From the NCBI RefSeq assembly GCF_006345805.1, contig NC_043017.1, positions 248,001-312,000 on the forward strand: a DNA stretch of 64,000 bases, in the 5' to 3' direction. This document shows, in pieces, positions 1 to 11,943 of the stretch; position 1 is the stretch's first letter, and every line of letters starts with the position of its first letter. Made by a program: the position numbers and the translations under genes. The notes below the pieces were generated by a model that ran no database searches, was not told the origin of the DNA, and was given only the letters and a program-made list of their open reading frames with translations. The stretch comes from Octopus sinensis (lineage: Eukaryota).

Positions 1-243
1 GCATTATTTACATTTGACAGATATTTGTCCTCATCTTGTTTGTTGTTAACACGTTTCGGCTGATATACCCTCCAACCTTCACCAGGTGACTTGAGGAAAT
101 TTCAAACCTGGGTTCTCGTTCCTAAGGTATTTTTCAATGTTGTTATGATTATTATTATTATTACAATTATTCAGGTGACTGCTTGGAATCGAACTTAGAA
201 TCTTGGGGTTAGTAGCCCATGCTCTTAACCACTACGCCATATG
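1..243 (-). mobile_element. tRNA-headed SINE-like element with a Penelope-type hammerhead-bearing 3' tail
   Basis: On the minus strand: A-box TGGCGTAGTGG (229-239) and B-box AGTTCGATTCC (185-195) in a tRNA-like head, then an (AAT)n spacer, then CTGGTGA-A-GGTTG..CAGCC-GAAACGT. Confidence 0.7.
45..89 (-). ncRNA. Degenerate minimal type I hammerhead ribozyme motif
   Basis: Core CTGGTGA (A6 to G), 5-bp stem II GGTTG/CAGCC, then GAAA-CGT palindrome. Stem I and the cleavage triplet look damaged in this copy. Confidence 0.5.
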
Positions 244-396
244 TCTGTGGGCTTATGGCGTAGTGGTAATGTAAATAATGTACGTAATTCTTCATCTCTT
301 AAATGCAGAACTGTTTTCTGCATGTTCCTTTGTTGTCTTTCTGTGAAACATTTTAACATTATACATGTGTGTAGGTGTGTGTGTGTGTGTGTGTGT

Positions 397-615
397 GGAG
401 GCACGTAACTGAGTGGTTAGGGTGTTGGACACATGATTGTAAGATTGTGGTTTCGATTCCTGGACTGGGTGATGCATTGAATTCTTGAGTAAAACACTTC
501 ATTTCATGTAGACCCAGTAATGAGCAACCCAGCAAGAGACTGGCATTCCATCCAGTAGCAGGGTGGAGGGGGTGGTGTTTACATAAGCCATAGAATTCAG
601 GAAACTCACCTTATG
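397..615 (+). mobile_element. tRNA-derived SINE, degenerate
   Basis: Head GAGTGGTTAGGG...GGTTTCGATTCC with A/B-box-like motifs, then a central block AACCCAGCAAGAGACTGGCATTCCATCCAG. Confidence 0.5.
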
Positions 616-854
616 AGCTTGGGAATGAACTTTGATCTTTATTATATATATTTGTAAGAATGCATACATGCATGTATGTACATGTGTATATGCCGTTGTG
701 TATTTCACATAAAATAGCAATTTGGCAAAAGAGATTGATAAAAGTTAAAAAGAATAAATAAAGCTGATTGATTTGATCCACTAAACCCATCAATGTGGTA
801 GTCCAATAAATGGAGCAAGTATAAGCATAAAAGTACATATATATGGCTCGTTAA

Positions 855-1083
855 AAGCACCATCTGAATGTGGTCGATGCTAGCCACTGCCCCAACTAGC
901 TCCTCTGCTGGTAGCATGTAAAAAGCACACACTACACTCTCGGAGTGGTTGGTGTTAGGAAGGGCATCCAGCTGTAGAAACATTGCCAGATCAGATTGGA
1001 GCCTGGTGTGGCCTCCTGGCTTCCCAGACACCGGTCGAACTGTCCAACCCATGCCAGCATGGAAAATGGACAATAATGATGAT
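855..1083 (+). mobile_element. SINE-like family B with (GAT)n tail
   Basis: GGAGTGGTTGGTGTTAGGAAGGGCATCCAGCTGTAGAAAC...CCATGCCAGCATGGAAAA followed by a GAT tail; homologous copies at 5285, 9830 and 60240. Confidence 0.7.
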
Positions 1084-1361
1084 ATATATATAAAAATATA
1101 TACATATATACACATATATATACATATATATACATATATATACATATATATACATATACATATATATACATATATATACATATACATATATATACATATA
1201 TATACATACATATACATATACATATATATACATATATATACATACATATATATATACATATATATACATACATATATATATACATATATATACATACATA
1301 TATATATACATATATATACATACATATATATATACATATATATACATACATATATATATAC

Positions 1362-1398
<37 letters not shown>

Positions 1399-1634
1399 CA
1401 CATATATATACATACATATATATATCATATATATACATACATATATATATACATATATATATATACATATATATATTATACATATATATATACATATATA
1501 TATACATACATATATACATACATATATACATATATATATACATACATATATACATATATATATACATACATATATACATATATATATACATACATATATA
1601 TATACATATATACATACATATATATATACATATA

Positions 1635-1682
<48 letters not shown>

Positions 1683-2259
1683 ATACATATATGTATACAT
1701 ATATACACATATATGTATACATATATACACCATATATATATACATATATACACATATATATATACATATATACACATATATATATACATATATACACATA
1801 TATATATACATATATACACATATATATATATACATATATACACATATATATATATACATATATACACACATAATATATACATATATACACACACATATAT
1901 TATACATATATACACATATATATATATACATATATACACATATATATATATACATATATACACATATATATATATAACATATATACACATATATATATAC
2001 ATATATACACATATATATATATACATATATACATATATATATATATACATATATACACATATATATATATACATATATACACATATATATATATACATAT
2101 ATACACATATATATATACATATATACACATATATATATATACATATATACACATATATATATATACATATATACACATATATATATATACATATATACAC
2201 ATATATATATACATATACATATATATATACATATACATATACATATATATATACATATA
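1081..2259. repeat. (TA)n/(TACATA)n compound microsatellite
   Basis: Read directly from the sequence. Confidence 0.97.
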
Positions 2260-2260
2260 C

Positions 2261-3930
2261 TAGCCATTGATGAGATTGACACAAACTCAGCTGCTGGACC
2301 TGATGGATTCCCAGCGATCCTTCTCAAATCGTGCAAACGAGCCCTTGCAAAACCGCTACAGCTTCTTTTTCAGAGCTTTCTTGCAAGTGGTAAGCTCCCA
2401 GTCAAACTGAAAGAGGGGGTAATATGCCCTATCCATAAGGGAGGTAGCAGAGCAGATGCTAAAAATTATAGGCCTATCTCTCTGACCTCACACATCAGCA
2501 AAGTCATGGAACGAATAGTCCGTAAGAACTAATCATGTTCCTTGAAGAAAATGACTTACTGTCTGACACCCAGCATGGATTTCGACCAGGTAGAGGCTGC
2601 CTAACACAGCTCCTGCAACACTATGACTGGGTGTTGAAACAGCTACTAAATGGCTCAAATGTGGATGTAATATATCTTGACTTTGCAAAAGCCTTTGATA
2701 AAGTCGACCATGGTATGATCTGTCACAAACTGCGTGGTCTCGGCATAGGCGGGAAACTTGGAGAGTGGCTGCACAACTTCCTAAAAGACAGAAAACAGGC
2801 AGTTGTGAGCAATGGAGCCACCTCCAGGGAAACGCAAATAACAAGCAGTGTCCCACAGGGCACTGTCTTGGGGCCACTGATTTCATAGTGGCCCTTTCAG
2901 ACATGCCTTCAATTGCTACGATGACCACCCTTGCTAGCTATGCAGATGACACAAAAGTCTCCCACGCAATACAAAACCCTGAAAATATTGCGCATCTGCA
3001 ACATGAGCTGGACACAATATACAGGTGGGCTGAGGACAACAACATGCAGTTTAATGCAGGTAAGTTCCAGGCCCTGCGCTACTGGCACACAAAGGTAAAT
3101 GACGTGAAGACTGGATACACTGGCCCAGGAAGAATTGCAATCCCTGAGTCAAAATCAGTGCGTGACCTGGGCATTGACATGAGCAATGATGCATCTTTCA
3201 AATGCATATTGCTAATCTGGTGATAAAATGCAGACGGCTAGCTGGATGGATTCTCCGAACTTTCAGAACAAGAGAGAAGAGACACTGATGGTCCTATGGA
3301 AAACATTTGTCCTCAGCCGCTTGGACTACTGCTCCCAACTTTGGTCACCACACAATATAAAACAAACAGCAGAACTCGAAGCAACTCAGAGAAGCTACAC
3401 AAAGAAAATCGTCTCAATGCAAAATGTCAGCTACTGGGAAAGACTGAAGGTATTAAACCTCTTCTCCCTGGAGCGGAGGCGGGAGAGATTGCTGTGATAT
3501 ACATCTGGAAAATCCTGGAGGGTCTTGTCCCAACTTTGGCATTCAAAGTTACTCCAACCGCAGAACGGGGCGCCGCTGCATAGTGCCAAGGATTCCAACA
3601 TCACCATCAAAATACAGGTCCAGATACTGCAACAGCTTGGGTTTCAGAGGACCACAGCTCTTTAACATCCTCCCTAAATGCCTGAGAGACTTACATGGTG
3701 TGGATGTGGGTTTCTTTAAAACTAAACTGGATCTCTTCTTGTTGGGAGTCCCAGATGAACCTACCTCACGACAGGAGACACGGATGCGGGCAGCAGCATC
3801 GAACTCCCTTGTTGATCAAGTGCCACGTATCAGAGGTGGATTCACAAACTAGTGTAGCTCATTCAGCGGTGGTGCCCCAGCATGGCCGCGGCCTTCGGGC
3901 TAAAACATTTTTAAGGATTTTAAGGATTTA
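2261..3930 (+). mobile_element. CR1-clade LINE, 5'-truncated and frameshifted
   Basis: RT motifs QHGFRPGRGCLTQLL, YLDFAKAFDKVDH, VPQGTVLGP, YADDTK and LDYCSQLWSP spread over several frames; 3' tail (TTAAGGATT)n. Confidence 0.93.
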
Positions 3931-3993
3931 TACATATACATATATATATACATATACATATATATATACATATATATATACATATACATATAT

Positions 3994-4028
<35 letters not shown>

Positions 4029-4481
4029 TATATACATATACATATACATATACATATATATATACATATACATATATATATACATATACATATATATATA
4101 CATATACATATATATATACATATACATATACATATATATACATATTATATACATATATACATATATATATACATATATATACATATATATATACATATAT
4201 ACACATATATATATACATATTATACACATATATATATACATATATACACATATATATACATATATACACATATATATATATACATATATACACATATATA
4301 TATACATATATACACATATTTAATACATATATACACATATTATATATATATACAATATACACATATATATATACATATATACATATATACATATATATAC
4401 ATATATACATATACATATATATACATACAGATATATACATATATATACATACATACACATATATATATATACATATATTAC

Positions 4482-4518
<37 letters not shown>

Positions 4519-4577
4519 CTACATATATATCCTACATATATATACATACATATATATACATACATTATATACATACA

Positions 4578-4615
<38 letters not shown>

Positions 4616-4696
4616 ACATACATATATATAAAATACATATATATATATCTATATATATACATACTATATATATACATACATATATATATACAATAC

Positions 4697-4731
<35 letters not shown>

Positions 4732-4927
4732 CATACAGACATACATATATATATATACATACATATATATATACATACAGATATATATATACATATATAT
4801 ATACATATATATACTACATATATATATATACATATATATACCTACATATATATATACATTATATACATCATATATACATACTAGATATACATACATATAT
4901 ATACATATATACATACATATTATATAC

Positions 4928-4962
<35 letters not shown>

Positions 4963-5030
4963 CTAATACATATATATACATACATATATATACACTATAT
5001 ACTACAATATATATATCATATATATACAAC

Positions 5031-5065
<35 letters not shown>

Positions 5066-5083
5066 CATACTATATATACATAC

Positions 5084-5130
<47 letters not shown>

Positions 5131-5281
5131 CATATATATACATATATATATATATATATACATAAACATATATATACATATATATATACATACATATATA
5201 TACATATATACACATATATATATATATATATACATATATATATACATATATATATATACATTTATATATATACATTTATAT
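3930..5281. repeat. (TA)n/(TACATA)n compound microsatellite
   Basis: Read directly from the sequence. Confidence 0.97.
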
Positions 5282-5284
5282 ATC

Positions 5285-5445
5285 ATCATCATCATCATCA
5301 TCATTTAGCGTCCGTTTTCCATGCTAGCATGGGTTGGACGGCTTAACTGGGGTTTGTGAAGCCGGAAGGCTTCATCAGGCCCAGTCAGATTTGGCAGTGT
5401 TTCTACGGCTGGATGCCCTTCCTAACGCCAACCACTCCGCGTGTT
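5285..5445 (-). mobile_element. SINE-like family B
   Basis: Reverse complement of the 855-1083 family; the (CAT)n tail is on the plus strand. Confidence 0.7.
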
Positions 5446-5452
5446 TTTTACG

Positions 5453-5489
<37 letters not shown>

Positions 5490-5497
<8 letters not shown>

Positions 5498-8172
5498 TCT
5501 AGTTTCAGCTCAGAGCTGCGGCCAAGCTGATGCACCGCCGTTTTGTGCTACACTGTTATTACGACGAACCTCGTCTAATATGTGGCACTTGGTGAAGAAT
5601 GGAGTTTGATATAGCTACCCTCATTTGCACCTCTTGCCGTGAGGTAGGTTCATCTGGGACTCTTGACAGGAAGATGTCCAGCTTTGACTTAAAAACCGCT
5701 ACATCTACTTTGTGCAAGTTCCTCAGACTCTTTGGGAGAATATTAAAAAGCTGTGGGCCCTTGAAACCCAGGCTGGTGCAGAATCTGGTCCTAAAGCGTG
5801 ATGGCATTGCTGGGATCTTTGGCACTATGCAGTGTCGTCCCGTTCTAGCATTGGTGTAGCTAACAATGCCAAAATTTGGCACAATTCCTTCCAGGATCTT
5901 CCAGACATATATTACTGCATACCTCTCCCGTCTTCTCTCCAGGGAGTAGAGTCTTAGCTGTTTCAACCTTTCCCAGTAGCTGAGCTGTTGCAAAGAGACG
6001 ATCTTCTTTGTGAATCTTCTCTGGATTGCTTCAAGGTCCACTGTTAATTTTACACTGGTGGGTGACCATAGCTGTGAGCAGTAATCCAGGCGGCTGAGGA
6101 CGAATGTCCGCCAGAGGACCATCATGGTTTCCTTATCTCTGGTTCTGAATGTTCTTAGGATCCATCCAGCCAGTCGTCTGCACTTTTTCGCCATCCTGGT
6201 AATGTGCACTTGGAAAGAGGTATCATCACTCATGTCGATACCCAGGTCCCTCACAGACTTAGGCTCTGGGATTGAAATTCCCTGTGAACCGGTGTATCCT
6301 GTAAGTTTAATATTCAGTTTTGGATGCTGGTAGCGTAGGGCTTGGAATTTTTCAGCATTAAACTGCATATTATTATCCTCAGCCCATCTGTAGATTGAGT
6401 CCAACTCCTGCCGCAGGTGTGCAACATCGCTGGGGTTCTGTATTTTCTGCGAGACTTTCGTATCGTCTGCATAGCTGGCCAGAGTGGCTATCCGGGCATT
6501 TGAGGGCATATCTGAGAGGGCCACTATATAAAGCAGTGGTCCCAAGACAGAGCCCTGTGGAACACCGCACACTATTTGTGTGTTCATAGAGATGGCTCCA
6601 TTAACCACTACTGCCTGACTCCTATCTTTCAGGAAGTCATGCAACCACACTCCAAGTTTTCCAGCTATGCCGAGGTCACGTAGTTTGTGGCATATCACAC
6701 CATGATCCACCTTGTCAAAAGCTTTTGCAAAATCAAAGTAGATTACGTCCACATTTGATTTGTTGAGTAACTGCCTCAACACTCGGTCATAATGCTGTAA
6801 GAGCTGGGTCAGGCAGCTCCTACCTTGTTGAAAACCATGCTGGGTATCACTCAGCATGTTATTTCCCTCAAGGAATACGATTAGTTTCTTCCTGACTAGC
6901 CGTTCCATGACTTTGCTGATGTGTGAAGTCAGAGAGATAGGCCTATAGTTTTTGGCATCTGCTCTACTTCCCCCTTTATGTATTGGGCATATTATTCCCT
7001 CCTTCAGCTTGCTTGGCAGTTTGCCATTCGCAAGAAAGCTCTGGAAGAGAATCTTGAGGGGGTTTGCCAGGGCATGCTTACACACTTTGAGGATGATGGC
7101 TGGGAAACCGTCTGGACCGGCAGCTGAGTTTGTGTCCACTTCATCTATGGCTAGTAGGACATCTTTTTCGCTAATGTCAATACATTCTATTGTAACCGCC
7201 TCGCTGGTTATAGGTGAGGCGGCAAAGAAGTCCACTGGTTCGTTCACTTGTCTGTGTTCCAACGGAGTGGTAAAGACACTTTTGAACTGGTCATTCAGCA
7301 TCTCACTGATCATAGTTGGACTGTCTGTGAGGGAGCCATCCTTTTGGAGGAGGGGTCCTATCTTGTAGTGCACTGAGACTGTTTCTTTCGCGTAATGAAA
7401 GAAGGCCTTTGGGTTTGATTTAATGTTTTTTATAACCCAGGCTTCTTTGTCTGCTTTCTCCCTCACATAGGATTGTTGCAGCCTTTTTTCGATCTCCATC
7501 AGTGTTGTTTTTAGGCGGGACGTTTCGCTACTTTTGGGATGTTAGTTGAGATGATTTGCAACCTTTGTCCGTCATCTCATGAGGATCTTCCTGTCTCTTG
7601 GAATCTTGCTCCTATTTGTTTAGGCCTTGTGCTCTTGGACATATTTCTGGCATACGGCTTGCACAGAAGACATGAAACATTCTAGTTTCATGTCAATGTC
7701 TGGTGTGGAGAGACATTCCGGCCAGTCCTCTCTGAGGATCTCTTTTTGGATTGATTTCCAATCTGCTTTGTGGAAGTTCAGATTGGAGAGATTTCGGGTG
7801 CTTCTTTTAGGCTGTATGTCTCTGGTTACTTTCGGCCCAAACATAGACAGCTCTATTATGTTGTGATCCGAAACTGATGTTGGTGTCACTTTCACATCAT
7901 GAATGATGTCCATATTGTTTGTGAAGCAGAGATCCAGAATGTTATTCACCCTAGTTGGCTTGAGTACAACTTGCTCCATGAATAAGGCATTGGTGAGGTT
8001 GAGCAGGGACTCCACCTGTACTTGCTTGCAATGATTCATTCCTGAGAGTATGTGACCTTCGGGCCATTTGACGTTGGGGAAGTTGAAATCACCCATAAGA
8101 AATATGGTCACGTGGCGTTCCAGATTCATGAGGATTTCTTTAATTCTTATGAGGCAATCTTCAAACTTGCCT
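5490..8172 (-). mobile_element. CR1-clade LINE, 5'-truncated
   Basis: APE endonuclease C-terminal part (IFLMGDFNFP, NILDLCFTN, SDHNII; 7620-8129) upstream of the RT ORF; 3' end GCTGAAACTAG followed by poly(A). Confidence 0.95.
5559..7499 (-). CDS. CR1 ORF2 reverse transcriptase portion, open for 646 aa
   Basis: [49 protein letters not shown] and YSLERRRER all lie in one frame. Confidence 0.9.
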   Translation of the reverse strand: MEIEKRLQQSYVREKADKEAWVIKNIKSNPKAFFHYAKETVSVHYKIGPLLQKDGSLTDSPTMISEMLNDQFKSVFTTPLEHRQVNEPVDFFAASPITSEAVTIECIDISEKDVLLAIDEVDTNSAAGPDGFPAIILKVCKHALANPLKILFQSFLANGKLPSKLKEGIICPIHKGGSRADAKNYRPISLTSHISKVMERLVRKKLIVFLEGNNMLSDTQHGFQQGRSCLTQLLQHYDRVLRQLLNKSNVDVIYFDFAKAFDKVDHGVICHKLRDLGIAGKLGVWLHDFLKDRSQAVVVNGAISMNTQIVCGVPQGSVLGPLLYIVALSDMPSNARIATLASYADDTKVSQKIQNPSDVAHLRQELDSIYRWAEDNNMQFNAEKFQALRYQHPKLNIKLTGYTGSQGISIPEPKSVRDLGIDMSDDTSFQVHITRMAKKCRRLAGWILRTFRTRDKETMMVLWRTFVLSRLDYCSQLWSPTSVKLTVDLEAIQRRFTKKIVSLQQLSYWERLKQLRLYSLERRRERYAVIYVWKILEGIVPNFGIVSYTNARTGRHCIVPKIPAMPSRFRTRFCTSLGFKGPQLFNILPKSLRNLHKVDVAVFKSKLDIFLSRVPDEPTSRQEVQMRVAISNSILHQVPHIRRGSS

Positions 8173-8177
8173 ATGTG

Positions 8178-8291
8178 ATAGAATAAGTACTAGGCTTAAG
8201 AAATAAGTCTGAGGGTTGATTTGTTCGACTAAAAACCCCTTCAAGATGTGGCTCCAGTATGGACACAATCAAATGAATGAAACAAGTAAAA

Positions 8292-8295
<4 letters not shown>
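8178..8295 (+). mobile_element. SINE family A, 3' part
   Basis: GATAGAATAAGTACTAGGCTT...GAAACAAGTAAAAGAATA matches the 3' half of the 29930 and 34713 copies. Confidence 0.65.
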
Positions 8296-8329
<34 letters not shown>

Positions 8330-8979
8330 TTACTCATATATACATATATAGATATGTATGTGTATATATATATATATATATTGTACACAATGAGAAATGA
8401 GATCATCAGATATGTTATTGTACTCTTAAGAACAAGATTCTTTACAAGTAAGCTTGCGTCTGTGTATAACAATGCATATTTGCATGACTGTGCACATATG
8501 TGTGCATGTATATATATATATATACACACATGCACACACACATGTATATATATGTATGTATATTGCTTTGTTTTGTTCTTGCTTTGTGTTTCTAAGAATC
8601 TGTATAAATTTATGTAACAACAATAGTGCTGAAGGAAAATACCCCTGGGGAGCATGCCAAGTAAAAAAAGAGAAAAATGATTGAAAAGATAAATAATTAA
8701 TAAATGAATAAAAATGGTAAGGCACCTCTCTCTAAGGAATGGAACCAAGATTAAAAAGAAAAACAAAAAGCAGTTGTGAGATAAAAAGCACATCCATGTA
8801 TATATATATATATATATATATAAAAAAAACTACCAGCTGTGTAGCACATATATATATGTGTATGTAGTTTTTGTCTCATTTGTAAAACAAAATATGTATG
8901 GGAATATGTATGTATAAATACATACACACACAAACATACACACATATATACTCTAAGATGGAACGAACTATATATATGA

Positions 8980-9011
<32 letters not shown>

Positions 9012-9384
9012 GTGTGTGTGTGTGTGTGTTTATAGATATACATATATGTATACACAGGAATATATGTGCATATAATGTATATGTAAGGCATGTATGTGTT
9101 TGTGTATGAATGTGTGTGTGTATATATATACACACACACATGCACGATGATATTAGTATATACATGTGTAATGTTTTGGTCAATATACTCAAGGTCACTA
9201 GCATATGCTGTATTTCCCACACCACATTTGTAACTATATATCATATACAATTTAATAAGCATACCTTTACCTGATCATCTAGCGTGCTAGAAATAGCAGC
9301 CAAATCTTCCCTAAATCTCAGCCTGACCTCTTCTAATAAGCAGGTTGCACTGTTTAATGTAAACCTTCTCATTTTTTACCGTAT

Positions 9385-9787
9385 ACTTGTTTCAGTTATT
9401 CGACTGCTACCATCCTGGGGCACTACCTTGAAGGCTTCTGTGAAACAAATTGATCCCCAGTACTTATCTGTTTTGTTTTTTTCCAAGTCTGGTATGTATT
9501 CCATTGGTCTCTTTTGATGAATCACTATGTGTTACAGGGATATAAACAAACTAACACCAGTTATCAAGTGGTGGTGGGAGACAAACACAAAGACACATAC
9601 ATATATGTATGTGTGTGTGTATATATATTTATCTATCTATATATTTATGTATGTGTGTGTGTGTGCGTGTGTATATATATTTATCTATCTATAAATTTAT
9701 GTATGTGTGTGCGTGTGTGTATATATATATATATACACACACACACGCACACATATTTATCTATATATGTACGTATGTGTGTGTGCA

Positions 9788-9818
<31 letters not shown>

Positions 9819-10150
9819 TTATGTATATATCATCATCATCGTTTAACATCCGTTTTCCATGCTAGCATGGGTTGATATTTATACATATATACATATACAT
9901 ATATATATATTTATACATATATATACATATATATATCTTTTAGCATTTAATTATGACAGTCCTTAGACTGTGGTCATACTGGAGCACTGCCTCAAATTTT
10001 TAGTCGACTAAATTGACCACAGCACTTATTTCTTCAAGCCTGGAACTTATTCTATTGATCTTTTTTGCCGAACAACTAAATTATGGGGATGCAAACATAC
10101 CAACACCAGATGTCAAGCAGTGGTGGGAGGACAAGCAGAAACACAAAGAT
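9385..10150 (-). mobile_element. Two degenerate SINE family A 3' parts (about 9385-9600 and 9935-10150) with a family B fragment (9830-9872) between them
   Basis: Homology to other copies in this window. Confidence 0.55.
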
Positions 10151-10172
10151 GCACGCACGCACACACACACAC

Positions 10173-10373
10173 ACATATTAGAGGGAAACCACTATGTGGA
10201 CACCCTTAAGCTAGAAATAGATCCGCTATTGTCTTACCACTAAGAAATGTTCTCAAGAAAAATTTAGCAGTTGTTTTGCTAAATTTTTCTTGAGAACATT
10301 TCTTAGTGGTAAGACCATAGTGGATCTATTTCTAGCATAAGGGTGTCCACATAGTGGTTTCCTTCTAATATGT
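10173..10373. repeat. Foldback palindrome with 97-bp arms and a 7-nt loop
   Basis: 10173-10269 is the reverse complement of 10277-10373 with 4 mismatches. Confidence 0.93.
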
Positions 10374-10503
10374 ATATAATACAATTTTATTGAACCTTCA
10401 TTTTTTTTTTTATATGTTAGACCACTGGTGTGAAATCGATGTTAATTAAATTAATATCTAATTTCTCACCCTCATTTAAAATTTATATGTATATATATAT
10501 ATA

Positions 10504-11943
10504 CTAGCAGTATCGCCCGGCGTTGCTCGGGTTTGTTTCGACCAGCTGGAATTGTAATCTTGAAAAGTAAAAATTTTGTGAACATTTTTCTGGTCGAAAT
10601 ACACCGAAAAGTGGCGACACAGCAGTGAAAAAATCGTAAAAAATAGGGATTTTCATAGAAAAAAGCATCTTTTTGATGTAAATAATTTTTGGTGTTAACA
10701 TGGTCCGATTTGAATTTTATGTTCTACGGAAGGAAGAGCAACCCTTCTTCTACCATACTCTCAATTTTGGTCAACTTGCGCCGTAGGGTCTCGGAGGAGA
10801 TAGTGTTAGTTGAAGGTTACCATTCTAGGTGCCTGAGTAACAAACTCGCAGATTTACAGATAAATGAATTAATTACTATTTTACAGAATAAAATTAAATA
10901 ATTCTTGAAAATTAATTAATATTAATATTTTTTGAAGAAAGTAAATAATTTTTAAAACTTAAATAATAATTTTTTTTACACAAACGCGAACGGGGAAAAT
11001 TTGGGTGGCGAATTCGATTTACATACCTAAATTTTTTCTTTTTCATGACATTGTAGCAAAATAGTAGTGAATTATATAAATACCAGCAGTATATTTTTTT
11101 TTCTGGGGTATTTTTTTCAACCTCGTCACATATTTGCCCCTTTCAATTTAAACAAAGTCTTAATTAAGCAATTACGGCAGCTTAGCAATGGTTTCAATAC
11201 AGGCGTGACATCTGTATCTCAATTGTTCAAAACCCTTCGAATTTTTTTGCACGTGATGATATCATAGTGAAAACTTTCAATTACGCGCGCTTATTTCTGT
11301 CTTTCACTCTGTCTGTCTCTTTACACACACTAACAAAAGCACTTCACTTACACACCACACTTTCTGTGTCGCACAACCCATCAAACACACACACTCACGC
11401 ACGCACACATGTACATCAATGCTTTCGGAGTGAAATGTTAAAATATTGAGTTTTCTCGAATTTTGTCTTAATTGGGGATGAAATTGAAAGAAATATATTA
11501 TGGCATGACCGAATAGAGTACTTTGAAAAATCTTAGGTAAACTCTAATTGAAGAAATTGTGTGAGGAGTAAATCGTTATGTATTTATTTGTTTCTGTTTG
11601 CTGTGTTTTTTTATTTTTTGAGTAGTGGTTTAAATACTTTCAGTTTAGTCTTCCTCAAATCACTCTGTCGCTATTTACTTTCATTTTATTCGTTGCACAC
11701 TGTGTGTGTGCATGTGCGTGTGGTGTAAACCACATTAAGAAAAGCATTTGACACACACACCAGAATGTGAGTTTTCTGTAAATTTTGCTCAATTGGAGTT
11801 TAAATTTTAAAAACTGGACCTGGCATGACCCGATGCATTCTACTCTTAAAAATGCTAGGTAAATTGTAATTGAAGAAATCCTATATTGTAGATTTCTATA
11901 ACTTACAAAGGGAGGCAGATAAAATCTGCCTTTTATAATAAGA
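10504..11943 (-). mobile_element. Non-autonomous Helitron (copy B)
   Basis: 5' TC (TCTTATTATAAAAGGCAG), 3' hairpin CCCGAGCAACGCCGGG about 12 nt before the terminal CTAG, followed by T. Confidence 0.85.

Noticed and set aside
172-243. Functional tRNA genes (also 35726-35800, 37570-37645 and 41960-42055)
   Set aside because: No proper acceptor stem, and each continues into an interspersed repeat body; these are SINE heads.
705-5304. Long ORFs of 200-450 aa rich in Y, I, H, T, M, C and V (also at 23081-23595, 43516-44516 and 58810-59209)
   Set aside because: They are translations of TA/TACA microsatellites, which lack stop codons in many frames.
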